Below are positions 24,713 to 36,800 of a stretch of 64,000 nt of DNA, piece by piece; positions within the stretch are counted from its first letter, which is position 1, and each line of letters begins with the position of its first letter. Below the pieces are notes generated by a model. It was not told where the DNA came from. It worked only from the letters and a program-made list of their open reading frames with translations, and did not search any database. A program made the translations under genes and the position numbers. The stretch lies in NCBI RefSeq assembly GCF_964355755.1, contig NC_092673.1:24735648-24799647 (forward strand), read 5' to 3'. This DNA is from Antedon mediterranea (taxonomy: Eukaryota; Animalia; Echinodermata).

Positions 24713-27515
24713 GGCCAATTATCGCTAACTGGGTTGATCACCAATAAATAACTAAGCATGAACAAGCCCAATAAAGGTTCTTAAAATATACATTTTGTAA
24801 TATGTGTTTATACTTACTTTAAAGCAATTAAATTTGCTTTTCCAAAATTAAAAAAATCGATTGTCGATTGGTCTGAAAGTAATATGACAATGGATCAAGA
24901 ATAATGAATTTATTAAGCAAAAAAATAGATATGTCTAAAAATAATGCAATTGTTTCAATGAAATGTAATAGACATTTTTCATTAACATGTTTATCATAAT
25001 ATGCTTAACTTTACTTCATTAAACCTAATTTAGTATGTAAACATATTATCACGGTTGTTCTATGATTTTAGGCATCTGTTGCAAATTTGGGTGTATTTTT
25101 TTTTCAAAATAATTATTATGATACCTCAAGTCAATAAGCTAAAATTGAATTTGGTGATAACAATTTTGTCAAATTCTGTGGCCAGATTTCTTAATAATTG
25201 TAATAATTCATAAATAGTAATCCCTGGTATTTCTACAGTCACAATAATAATTAATGATTTGATTTTGATAAAGATTAATAATAATAATAAAATGATTTCA
25301 TATTGATATGAATAATGATAATAGCTGGTTAATCATAATTTTAACATAGCACTGATTTCAATTATATGTTATATGTTACAAATATTGTATGTATTTGTGA
25401 GCCAGATGGTTTTGGTCAGTAAACTATTAATGATAATGAATAAATAATGATATGATAAGAATAATTATTGATATTAACAAATGATTATGATTTGATTATA
25501 TATGATAATAACTGATAATTATTTTATAATGATTTATACTCGGATACCCTGGCTTGAATTATTAAAATAAAAGTGAATGTTTTGTATCATGTTTATAATA
25601 AGTAAACGTAAAACTATAATATATCTATATTAACTAGCTATGTATAGTGTAATAAAAAGGTAGCTATTAGTAATTAATTATTTTAGGTTTAATGCTATTC
25701 TAGAGTCATATATAATATTTAGTAACATCAATAGCTATGTCAATTGTGCTGCTATTTAAATTAATGTATAGAAAAAAAAAACACATTTCAAATTATCTTT
25801 CTAATAAAAGAATAAAAATTTAAAAATATTTTGTGGAACTCATTTGTGTGGGAACTGTGTATATAGTTTACGATCGTATGTAAAAAAAATTACTTTAATT
25901 ACATGTTAAATTTAGAATTTAATTTGTATTCATTGAACATGGCTGAAATTTTCAAACCACACCCCAATTCCCCAGCACAGATCATCATATTTATACTAAT
26001 AATTATATTTAAAGCATCTTTGCCTCGTCTGTTGTTAACCTCTCGCTACAGCCTTGTTGAATGAATGAAATAATAAGAAAAGAAAGACAAATTTGTCTCG
26101 GACTTGTTAAATTGGACAGTCAACTCATGTTCTTCACATTTATTAATTATTTGCATTAGTAAGAATGTAAGAACATCTTCAGATATACTCCTAACACATT
26201 ACAAATTTTTCCAACATAACTGCTATTGAAAATAACGACATGTTCATACAGAATGAAAGAAGAAGCATTATTGTCATTTTATATAAACTACAATTGCCTC
26301 AATTGAGTTTTATGGTTCTTCTCCCATAGAATTACTTGTAAAATTGCTAACATACTCCACTCTACATGCAACAACGCTTTCAGTCAAATTACAAGCATTG
26401 ATATCAATTACCTACATGCATGGCCTGGTGCTCAATCAACCATGACATGGGACGAACCAGACTGTAAAAAACACGACTTCTGCTCACTTTATTATCCTTC
26501 TAATTGGCTCAGTTGTTGCCAAGGGGCGGAGTTACTTAGGATTGACTTTGATCGATAGGTGATATAGAATCGCAGGGATTTCTTTATGAGATAAGCACCT
26601 TTCTTCTAATATCCCCTATTAGCTGGATGTCCTTGCATATAATTCATTTAACTACAGCATTGAGTGCTATTAAATTGAGAATAATATTTTCCAATATTAA
26701 TTTATTTTGTAATAAGATTAACAGAAGATAAATATGACACTTTTATAACTGGTTTAAATGAAATTTATTTCAATAAAAATGCTTGATGTTTATTAAATCA
26801 TACCATTTTGTTAATATCTTTTAATTGTGGAGTAGGTAAAGACAATTGATTGATGTGTACAAATAATACAATACAAAATAAAACAATAATAATAGATACT
26901 ATTTAAATTGTAATGTACATATTTCTTGATTGTTGTCATATTAATTTATGTCCAAGAAGAGTACATGAATCAATTTTGCTTATAAAAACGGAATGTTAAA
27001 ATATTTTTATTACCAAATTTTATTAGCAACAACAGTACCTATATATGCACGCTTGGTTTCAATTATTATACCAAAATATACACATAGCTTACATACATCT
27101 AAGTTTGCAGGGGACTATATATTACGTTTTTTTTAAATCATTTTATCAATTTGTCAGGCCCACAGTCAAGGATATGCACTTTTCTCCAAAAAGGTAGCAA
27201 TCTGTTCCACATCTGACAGTCACAATATTTGAACAAAGGTCCTAGGGATCGGTAGCCCAAGCTACAATTCCATCCCAGCATTAACCTATAACATATTATT
27301 AATTCATATTTATACTTTCTTTAGTTTGGAACCGTTAGAACTTCAACGAGTATGATGTTGAGAGAGTTAATTTTTGTTACAATGAAAAATTCAGAAATTC
27401 TAAATATACATGTTAATTGTTAGTATTAAAAATAGATTAAAAGGCTGGTCTTTAATGTAGAAAGGATCAATATATATACTAGCATTAAAATGCATCACCA
27501 TAAAGTGGTCTTAGA

Positions 27516-27851
27516 TTATTCTACTTGTTTAACTTTCTTTTTTTTCTTTTTCTTGTCAGACACTGGAGCCTCGTCCATCTCTTCTTCTTCCATGTTAACA
27601 TCAATAGAGATCTTTTTCTTCTTCTTCTTCTTCTTTTCAGAGGTTCCGTTGCTTAGCACTGGTTCTTCTTCAACCTCATCCTCTTCTTGGACTGCCTTTT
27701 TCTTCTTCTTTTTCTTTGGCGTTTCTTCTGTCACGTCATCTTCCATTGTAGTGTCGGCCTGTGATTCTTCAGCCTGCGATTCATCCAGCTTTCTTTTCTT
27801 TTTTTTCTCCTTCTTTCTTTTCTTTTTTAATATAGCTTCATGTTCCTGAGC
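27516..27851 (-). CDS. NOP56: NOP56 exon 10 (K/E-rich tail, stop)
   Basis: ttacag| [14 protein letters not shown]...KVKQVE TAA. Confidence 0.95.
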   Translation of the reverse strand, partial: AQEHEAILKKKRKKEKKKKRKLDESQAEESQADTTMEDDVTEETPKKKKKKKAVQEEDEVEEEPVLSNGTSEKKKKKKKKISIDVNMEEEEMDEAPVSDKKKKKKKVKQVE

Positions 27852-30800
27852 CTGTAAAAACATAAGAATAAAAAATATACCTAAAGCTGTCCACACTATT
27901 AGATTTTATGTCATCCCTATATGATGATGTCATATCACTACCATATTTGAGCAGAACACACCATTTTTTGTCAAACTATTGATAGCGTAGACAGAGCGTA
28001 AGGTGCAAATACAGATTTGTATTGTTAAATGTTAGGTACAAACACACTAATATGTCATCAGACTTTCAGAGGAAAAAAAGCCGATTTTGTGGAACTTAGA
28101 ACAGATATAATATAGTGATAGAAAATATGCTGTTTTATGCATTTTATTACCTCGGTGACTGCCTCTTTCATTACATCAATGTTCTTTCTCGGTGTTTCAC
28201 CAGTCTCATAGAATGACAAGCGTTCTTCCACCTGGCCTCGCAGTTTTTCACCAAACACAGAAGATGGTATTTCTATAAAAAAATATAAATGGTATAATAA
28301 ATGTTTAGTAGATTCAAAAACATATATTTTGTTTGGTTTTAGAATGAAGCTTTTGTGATTGATAGTTACTAAGCCAGCACTGCAGATGTAGAATTGTGCT
28401 TTATAGGTTGTTAGGCAAAGGTATTAACATTATTATTTCTTGATTCTTAGAAACGAATCATGGCGTGTCTATTATGATTACAATAAAATATACATTTCAA
28501 CTGGGAAGACATTAAATTTTAGTTGTTGAACATTAAATCACATTGAATTATAACGTAGAGACATAAATAAAAAGAAAAACATTTCACAAATGCTAATGGG
28601 TAATCGGGCAAAGGTATTCCCATTATTATTTCTTTATTCTTAGAAATGGATCATGGCGAGGCTATTATGATTACAATAAGACATTACATTTTAGTTGTTG
28701 AACATTAAATCACAGTGAATTATAACATAGACATTAATATTAAACAAATACTAATTATCTTTGGAATTCAGAGTTGAAAAGGAGGAATTAATTTCTGCCA
28801 TTGTGTTGATATGTATCATTCAACATTCCTATAAACCAAAGATGTGAATGGGACAATAGGTATGTTTTTATTCATTTTGTCAAAACAAAAACGGTTGTGT
28901 AAACACGCCTTGAACGCCTGCCTTATCCTTTTTAGACTTTCTGAAAAGAATAAAATTATTACAAACCGGAAAAGCAATCTATTCTTGACGCAATTGAGCA
29001 CTTGTTTGCTAGGTACCGTGAGATTCTTCCTTTGTTTTTGGCACCAGCCCTTCCAATGAATGTAGAATGGTAAATCAGTCCATACTTTGGTGTGTTACCT
29101 TTTGTTTTTAACGCCCTGTGTTAAATGAAAAATGTTAACATTTTATTTTATAACATTTAAAGAATGTATTGTCCCCCAAAAACATGGAAAATGAAGAATA
29201 ATCAAATCAGACTTTAAATAGGCCATTTTGTAGCTTTAATCAGTTCTGTAGAAAAAAAAACCTTGAAAAAAATGTTTGAACGGTTAACTTGGCCGGCAGC
29301 CAATTTGACTATCTTTTGCTTTAAATTACATTTTTTTCGATTACATTATTTTTTTTTTCCCGATTCAATTGTTGGTCAAAGGGAATAACTATTACGTGAC
29401 ATTAAAAAGGAATATTCAACAACAAAATTGTAAAAAATTATTTTTTTCAGGGAGACAATACATCATACATATAAGTATAATAAAAAAACAGCACTTAATT
29501 AATTTATTTTTGAGAATGTGTTGAAGTTTTGATTTTACTTTTTACTACAACCATCATCACAAGGTGTACTAACTTGTCCTAATGATGTCATTATTAACAT
29601 AAAAGCATTACCTGAATAAAGCCTTTTCAGCACCTAGGATCTGGACGGTGGAGGCTGGGTATTTAGCCAAGTTGGTCAGGCTACCAGCATGTGAAATCAA
29701 ACGAGCACCAACCTACAAATGATAGTTAAATAATATTATTTTTTTTCTGTCAGTATGTGATCTTGCCTGGCAAATTCCATACCAATATCTGTACATTTTT
29801 ATTGGAATTAGTCTCTAATTTTTTATATATTTTGTTCATATATAAAGATATAAAGTTTGCGGTACACCACGTATATTAGTTCTGAAAAGAACAGTTGAGT
29901 TTCTTGATGTTTTCGATCAATTTGATTTCGCCATGCAAACCTTCAAACAATATATTTTGTTCATACTATTCAGGTATTTTACACGCATGTTTAACTTTTG
30001 ATTGATGCTTTTTTCAAAATGTATACATATGTATATATATCATATTTATTTATTATTTTTCTCTTTTCTCTTAGTTATTTTTATTGCGCTTGAATGCTGT
30101 TATTTAACGTCAGTAGCATAACAGCTATGCGCGCTCACAGGGGCCCCAGAGCTCAAGGGGCCTCAGAGCATGATCAGTCCAATGCAACTACTCAGCATTG
30201 GGGCCTTTGCTCTATATCACTGTTTAAGGTGCAATTGGATTGGTTGTTAGTTTACAGAGGGTCATAGAATTTGTGATTTAGTTAAGTAACGCACCTGATC
30301 TCCAATAAGAGCAGCTAGATTTGGCGCCACACTCTGCATTTTATCTTGCAAGTAGGTATGCAGACTCTTACGATAGTCAGCCAGGGCAATCACACGGTTT
30401 GAGAAATTCTCAATGTTTATCAGGTCAATCTTTGAAATATCCATACCTTTAATTTAAACAATACAAATAAAGAATTATTACACACACACACACCAGCGTA
30501 TTCTTGCCATTTGATTGGTTAATTTTGTATCATGTGCTGTTCAGTATTTATAGTTCTATTGCATAAAAGTTTATATAAATTCCTGTCATTTGATTGGACG
30601 AATGTGGGTCACATGGCGTGCAATAGTACGCACTATTCAACGATCGTTAAATAGTACTTTTTGAAACATTTTTGTTTGTTATTTAGATGTTATATAAAAC
30701 AAATAATGAATGTTTTGTATTCGTGTAATGGTACAAATAATGGCACTTGGTGAATGATGAAAGGTTATATCAACTCGGCTTTGCCTCGTTGATATAACCT

Positions 30801-33800
30801 TTCATCATTCACCTCGTGCCATTATTTGTACCATTGCACTCATAAACATTCATTATTTGTATATTATTAAATGGTTCTAATGCATGCCTAGTTTCTAAAA
30901 CATTTTTTATAATAATTTTGTGCAACGCGAGGCTAGCTCAAATATTAAACCTACAATGCAAGTTACTATAACTGTTTTTCTCCATAGCCAAAATCTGAAA
31001 AATGCCTTTTTCATAGTCTATCCTTAACATTGATTAAACATGTAAAAAGCAAATTAATTAAGTAAAAGTTTAGGTATGTTATAAAACAAATAATTAATGT
31101 ATTGTTTTTGCATTGAAAAGCCTGCTTGAAAACATCAGGGTATGGGTGACAAAATGGGCTGGCATGCAAGAGGCTTGTTTATGGTAGGGACTGGAAAGTC
31201 TTCACACTTCCGGCCAACCATAACAACATAGACATTGTTTCTTACCCATTGATGATTTGCTTGCGTCATAAATAGCCTGTGCCTTGGCAGAATCCATTGT
31301 GATTTCTTCCAATCCCTCTAAACTGTCTTCCGACAAATCATCACGACTTTTGATGAACTTGGTCACTTTAGCATAGGTCACATTATCTGTTACTATTTTG
31401 ATCAGCTCTGGAAAGTGATAGCCATACCATTCTCTGAAGAAAAAAAACCACCCCATTTAAAAAAAAAATCATTTAGTTGGGTAAATTGACTAACAGGTTT
31501 AATCACTGTCTTTTAATCACTGTCCCCTAGTTTAGTTAACAAGACAAACATACACACAAGATGCTTTATATAAGCATATTCTATTAAAAAACCATATTTA
31601 CCACATTACCATATATACATATTACAAGTAGTAGAGTGCCACCTCTACCACAGTCATAGCTCAAAAAGTGCATCCGCATGAAGAGGGACCACCCAATATG
31701 CCTTACAACATCTCTGCTGCACACATTTATTTTATTTCATTATCAATAGAGTTAATTTTCTAAACAAAAATGTCTTGATACATGGTTCTTCATTTTAAGC
31801 TATTCCATTTCGAAAGAGTTCATGTCTGCCTGCCACATCCCTTCGCCAAGTCTAGTAACAATTTAGAAAGAAACAGCATTGTATATATACTGTACCTTAT
31901 ACGCATACAGAATGTGTTTATGTCTTTGTCCAACTGGTCCAAAAGACTGATGGATTGGATGATCATGTTATCAACTCTGTTTACGTTAAACTTCACTTTG
32001 GCTCTGGAGTAGCTGTGGCCCAAACCTAATTGGGCTTTCCCCTCCACTTCAAGTGTCAGTCCTTTGATGAGAGCATGGAAATGTAACCGAATTCCTAAAA
32101 CATTAAAGGTAAAAAGTTAATGCAGTAATTGTTAGTGATTTTTTATATTAATGATGTCGCCGTCTTCCCAAAAGATGCACCCTTGGTTCTTTTACACGCA
32201 TACAAGCAAGATGCTACACCAGACCTTGGTATGTTTTTAATGTTTTAAAATTAATTAGAAGATTCGCAAACATTGACCACTGCATGTTGGTTTCCTGGGG
32301 TAGCACTAACATTTCATTTTGTTTAGCCATTTGGCGAAAGTCAAAATATTTTTTTAGTCAAATCAGTTTATCTATAGCCAAAATGGCTAAAGTCAAATTT
32401 TTTTATTTAGCCAAATGAATCGGTTTATAGCCAAAATTTAAAATTTTTGAAATATAGTGGTAAAAACATTTAAGTCAATTTATCTATGTTGAACATTTTT
32501 GTAAGGCATTGAGATAAAGAACCATGCCTAAATCACTGTATGATAAAAATATTTTTTTTGTATTTTTTTTACATGATCAAAACAATTTTTCAAATTGTTT
32601 TTAATCATACAGCATCTACGCTCGCGCTAAGGTCAAATTTTCGTTTGCCAAAATGGCGAAAGGTTTTGAAAAACATTAGCCAAATTGAAAATCCTTTAGC
32701 CAAATTTAAAAAACCATAAAAATTCGAAAAAATGTTTATTAAATAAATAATGCATGTATTTTTTAAATATTTTATTTCTTTTACATTTATATTATTATTA
32801 GGTATCCCAATGAACCTGATTTTCGTTACCGGGATTTTAACACGTTCGTGAAATTTCAAAAAGTGACGCTTCTTTGAAGTTAAAAATATACTATTTCTTA
32901 TGTACCCATGAGAATAAAAATTATATGCCTGGAAAGATCTTGTTTAAGGGATTATTTTTATATATTTATAATCTATGTTTATTAAATATTATAATAGAAA
33001 ACGCGAGTTAAAAATGAGGTACAAAAGCCGGCGAGCCGAAATCTGCGCGCTAAAAATAACTTTGGAAAACACCTACCCATTTTCGCACCCGATCGCACGA
33101 GGTCCATAATAGGTAGTGGAGTAATTTTTGTTGCATGTTATCAGGCTTTAAATACTCTTTATTTTGATATGTAAATCGGTTATTATTATTATGTACATCC
33201 GCCTCAAATGTCAATTTTAACGATAAAAGTTGAATTTTTGAGTCTTTCTCACTATCAAAATCTGGCTAATTTAGTATTGAATTGAAGCTAATTTATATTT
33301 CTGTTTGATAAAACACATCGTTTTATTTGACTTTGCGTGGACCTCGTGCGAAGAGGCCAACAAGACCAACCCCTGAAAAAAATAATCCCTACCATAAATA
33401 TCAGTGTTTACCATTTTCCTTACGGGGGATTCAGTTCTCCGCTTATTACTAAATTACCGTCGCCCAGGCAATGTGCATGGTATGCATGTATTAGCGCGTT
33501 AATTAATGATTGGATAACCCCCGCAGTGGACTGTTCCATTTTCTGAACTAGTCTTCGCCGCACACGAGACATGTCGAAAAATGTCACCTCTCATCATGGA
33601 ATATTTGCTTCGAAACGTCAATTTTAACGATTTATTAAATTATTTAATAATTGGAATATTTATCAATCTATTATATAAAACAAGAAATGTACCGCAGAAA
33701 TTTGAGAAGCTTTGAATTTGCTATGCAGCGGCCGTAACCCATTCTATGTAGGCGGCCGAAACGCGCTTTGGCCATGGTTGCCGTTGCAGTATACGCTGTT

Positions 33801-36800
33801 TCTTAGCTATTCAATTTAAAGCGCAACTTTCGGTTAGAATAATCGAAAGGGAAATAAAATTAAACATGTTAACATTATACTATTGAGGTAATTACTTTGT
33901 TAAATTTAAAATTCCCCTTTTTAAATAACAGAACAGCCTCGTTTACGGAAGTATTCGTCCACATGTTTCTGTTTACATTTTCTTCTCGAAGTTCATTTTC
34001 TACGTCGAAGAATAGGGACTTCCCCTTTTATTCGCTCATCATCACGTCGACGACGGCCGGCCGGCCACGAACCAATCACATTAACTGTGTGTCATTAAAA
34101 CGTCATCGAGGCACGCTCTGCGCATGTTTAAACAGAACTAAAAAAATTAACACGGCGGTCGTGACGTCGTCACATAAAATGCTGTTGTGGTAAAAAGTGT
34201 ACCCGAGTCAGAAAGTACCGAAGTGTGGCGAATTCTCGCTCCCATAAGAAGTCACGCCGACCAGGCTAGGCCTAGGCTTGGAAATGTATTTTCGCCAATT
34301 TGGCGAACGAGGCAATAATTATTTTTGCCTAATGGAGACTCCAGTCGCCATTGGCGAGCGGTTACCGCGAGCGTAGAGCATTTATACAGTTATCAATTTA
34401 ATAAGAAACATTTTACAGTTTTCTGAAATCCCCTGAACGATATGTTACTTTTGTTTTTTACGCTTGGCTGGTCATGTTTGCGTGTGACGGCTTCCATGGC
34501 GTACCAGGCGAAAATCGTGTCCAAGAATCACTCAGAATCACCGCCGCGCAGCGGGTTAATGTTTTTAAATTGGGTATGCTAAAGAGGTGCGAAAGTGCAG
34601 AACCGCCGGCCTAGGCCTACAAAATTATGTACAACAACGCAACGGTATATCGTATGCTAAAAATATTGAGGAAAATTCCTAGCAAACGAACACTCGTATC
34701 GTTGTTAAACGTAAGATAATATAGGGCAAAGCACAGAGTACGTCTTTCCATCCCTCAAGGCTGCGCCGAAGCGTTCTGTCAGGGCGAGAAATTTATCCGA
34801 TTATTATTTATTTACACAGCACCACAGAAGCCGGCGGCCGGCCCCGCTCAGATGCACGTGTGTGTTTAGCTAAATCCCCGTTAGACTCTACCATTTCCCG
34901 CATGTTGGTTTGTTTACACTGACGCACGAGGGAAGTTTATTAAGGCTAAAATATGAAACTACATTAAATTGGAAGACTCTAAAATGCATAACGCATACAT
35001 TTTTGATTTCGATAAGATTAAGACGTCATTCATCGAAGATACTATAATGTTTCTTTTTAATCTGAAAAGTACACCCCTATCGAAAAACAGACAATCCCGG
35101 TAATTAGCCGACCGTCGATCGTTTGTGCAGCGCACAACACGTGATAGTTTGGGTAGACTTCATCATCCATGTGTCGTGTAACGTCTGTCTCTCTGTGCAG
35201 TCTACCTCTGCTATCTCCATCTTTTTGAAATAATAAAGAGACGCCTGGTACAACGAAACAAGTTGACGAAAAATGGAGCTTGAAGTAAACAACGTGATAA
35301 CGAACAAAATAAATGCTTGGAGATCGACAAATGGACCTTTTAGTTGGACTTTATGCTTTCGCCAAAATGATTATTTAATTATCTATTTTATCATATGTCA
35401 TCGCCAAAATGGCTAAAGTAGCCGTTTTATTTTTCGCCAATCTAGAAACGTTTTGGCCCATGGCGACTTGGGCGATCGGCCAGTGCGAGCCTAGGTTTCA
35501 TACCTCTAAGGATTTCGGGAACCACACCAGTAGACTGACATGGAACCTTGAGAGCTTCTTGAATGGCAGATCCAATTTTGACATCACCGACACCTAGAAC
35601 AATCTTCTTCTTTTTCTTAGGTGATTCTGGAAGGTTGGTGTCGAGGAACAGTTGTAAATCTTCGTGAATTACTCCTGGAAATAATTTTTTTTTTAAATGA
35701 GTTAGAAACTCATCATATGAATATTAATTATTATCCAACTGTATAGAAATAAGTTTAATATAAAAAATAGTAAACCATGGAGTAAACACAAACATATTAT
35801 ACCTTCTGAAATACTGTTGATGTTGTCCAAAGCATTGGTACCAGACTTGAAAGGTGAAAAAGCATGGAGTTTCACCAATCCAGCAAATTTTCCAAAGTCT
35901 GTCACTCCTTGTTCAACCAGATGCTGTTGCATGGAAATTTCTTCAAATTCTTGAACAACAAACAGAGCATAGCCCGAAGCATGCTCGAAAAGTGCGTACA
36001 GTGACTGAAAAGAAAGGCGAGTTTATTCACAATATAAATGAAATAATACTACCTACTAGCCTAGGCCTAGGCTAAGCCTAGTTAGGTATGTCAAGAAAAA
36101 TTTCAAATCTATTTGATTTTAACCAAACTATTTTTTTATAATTCTATTTAAAAAATGGAATTCAACAAAGTTTAAATGAACAAAATCGGTCAACTATTTT
36201 TTTTTATACGATTTCTTTTAATAATCAAATTCGGTGATAAATTGTATATACAAAATATACAAAATTTTGTGACCTTTCTTTTACTTCTGAAAATATAAAG
36301 TCATAACTTTTTTGTTTGTAATTCTTTTTTAATTCTTTTTTCACACCAGTTGAATATCAAACTGATAACATCAAACACAATACATTCATCTGTATATCAA
36401 GATGATTTAGAAAAAAAATGTATTTAAACTTTACCCCCTCCCCAATAATAGAAATACTGGAACCATAAATATAGCATATTTTAACACATAAAATCATTTG
36501 AAATTTGTTATTCACACAGGTTGAATGACAAGATCATGTATCTACACTGTACATTAAGATGAATTAAAAATAAATTATATTTAAACGTTACCCCCCTCCC
36601 GCAAAATAGATATTTGAACCATAAACATAGCATATTTTAACACATAAAAATCATTTGAATTTTTTTTCACACAGGTTAATTGGCAAGACCATGTAACTAT
36701 ACTGTACATCAAGATGAATTAGAAATAAATGATTTAAAACTTTATCCCCCTCCCAGAAGATACAGGAAACAATTATATACAGTACTGCTTATTGCGTTAA

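Noticed and set aside
24817-25232. Short minus-strand exon-like open segments
   Set aside because: No recognisable homology, one ends in a stop, and no consistent exon chain could be built
27490-27849. 119-aa Phe/Ser-rich + strand ORF
   Set aside because: Antisense shadow of the NOP56 K/E-rich exon
28413-28735. Duplicated snoRNA pair in NOP56 intron 8
   Set aside because: The duplicated units lack C/D or H/ACA boxes on the sense strand
29447-29560. Perfect C box GUGAUGA 51 nt into NOP56 intron 7, the intron I recall as equivalent to the human SNORD86 host
   Set aside because: No D box at a plausible distance; the nearest CUGA belongs to a MITE end and the intervening sequence is low-complexity AT
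33337-35307. Transposase ORFs inside the nested elements
   Set aside because: Only short ORFs (<100 aa) with no DDE or zinc-finger motifs
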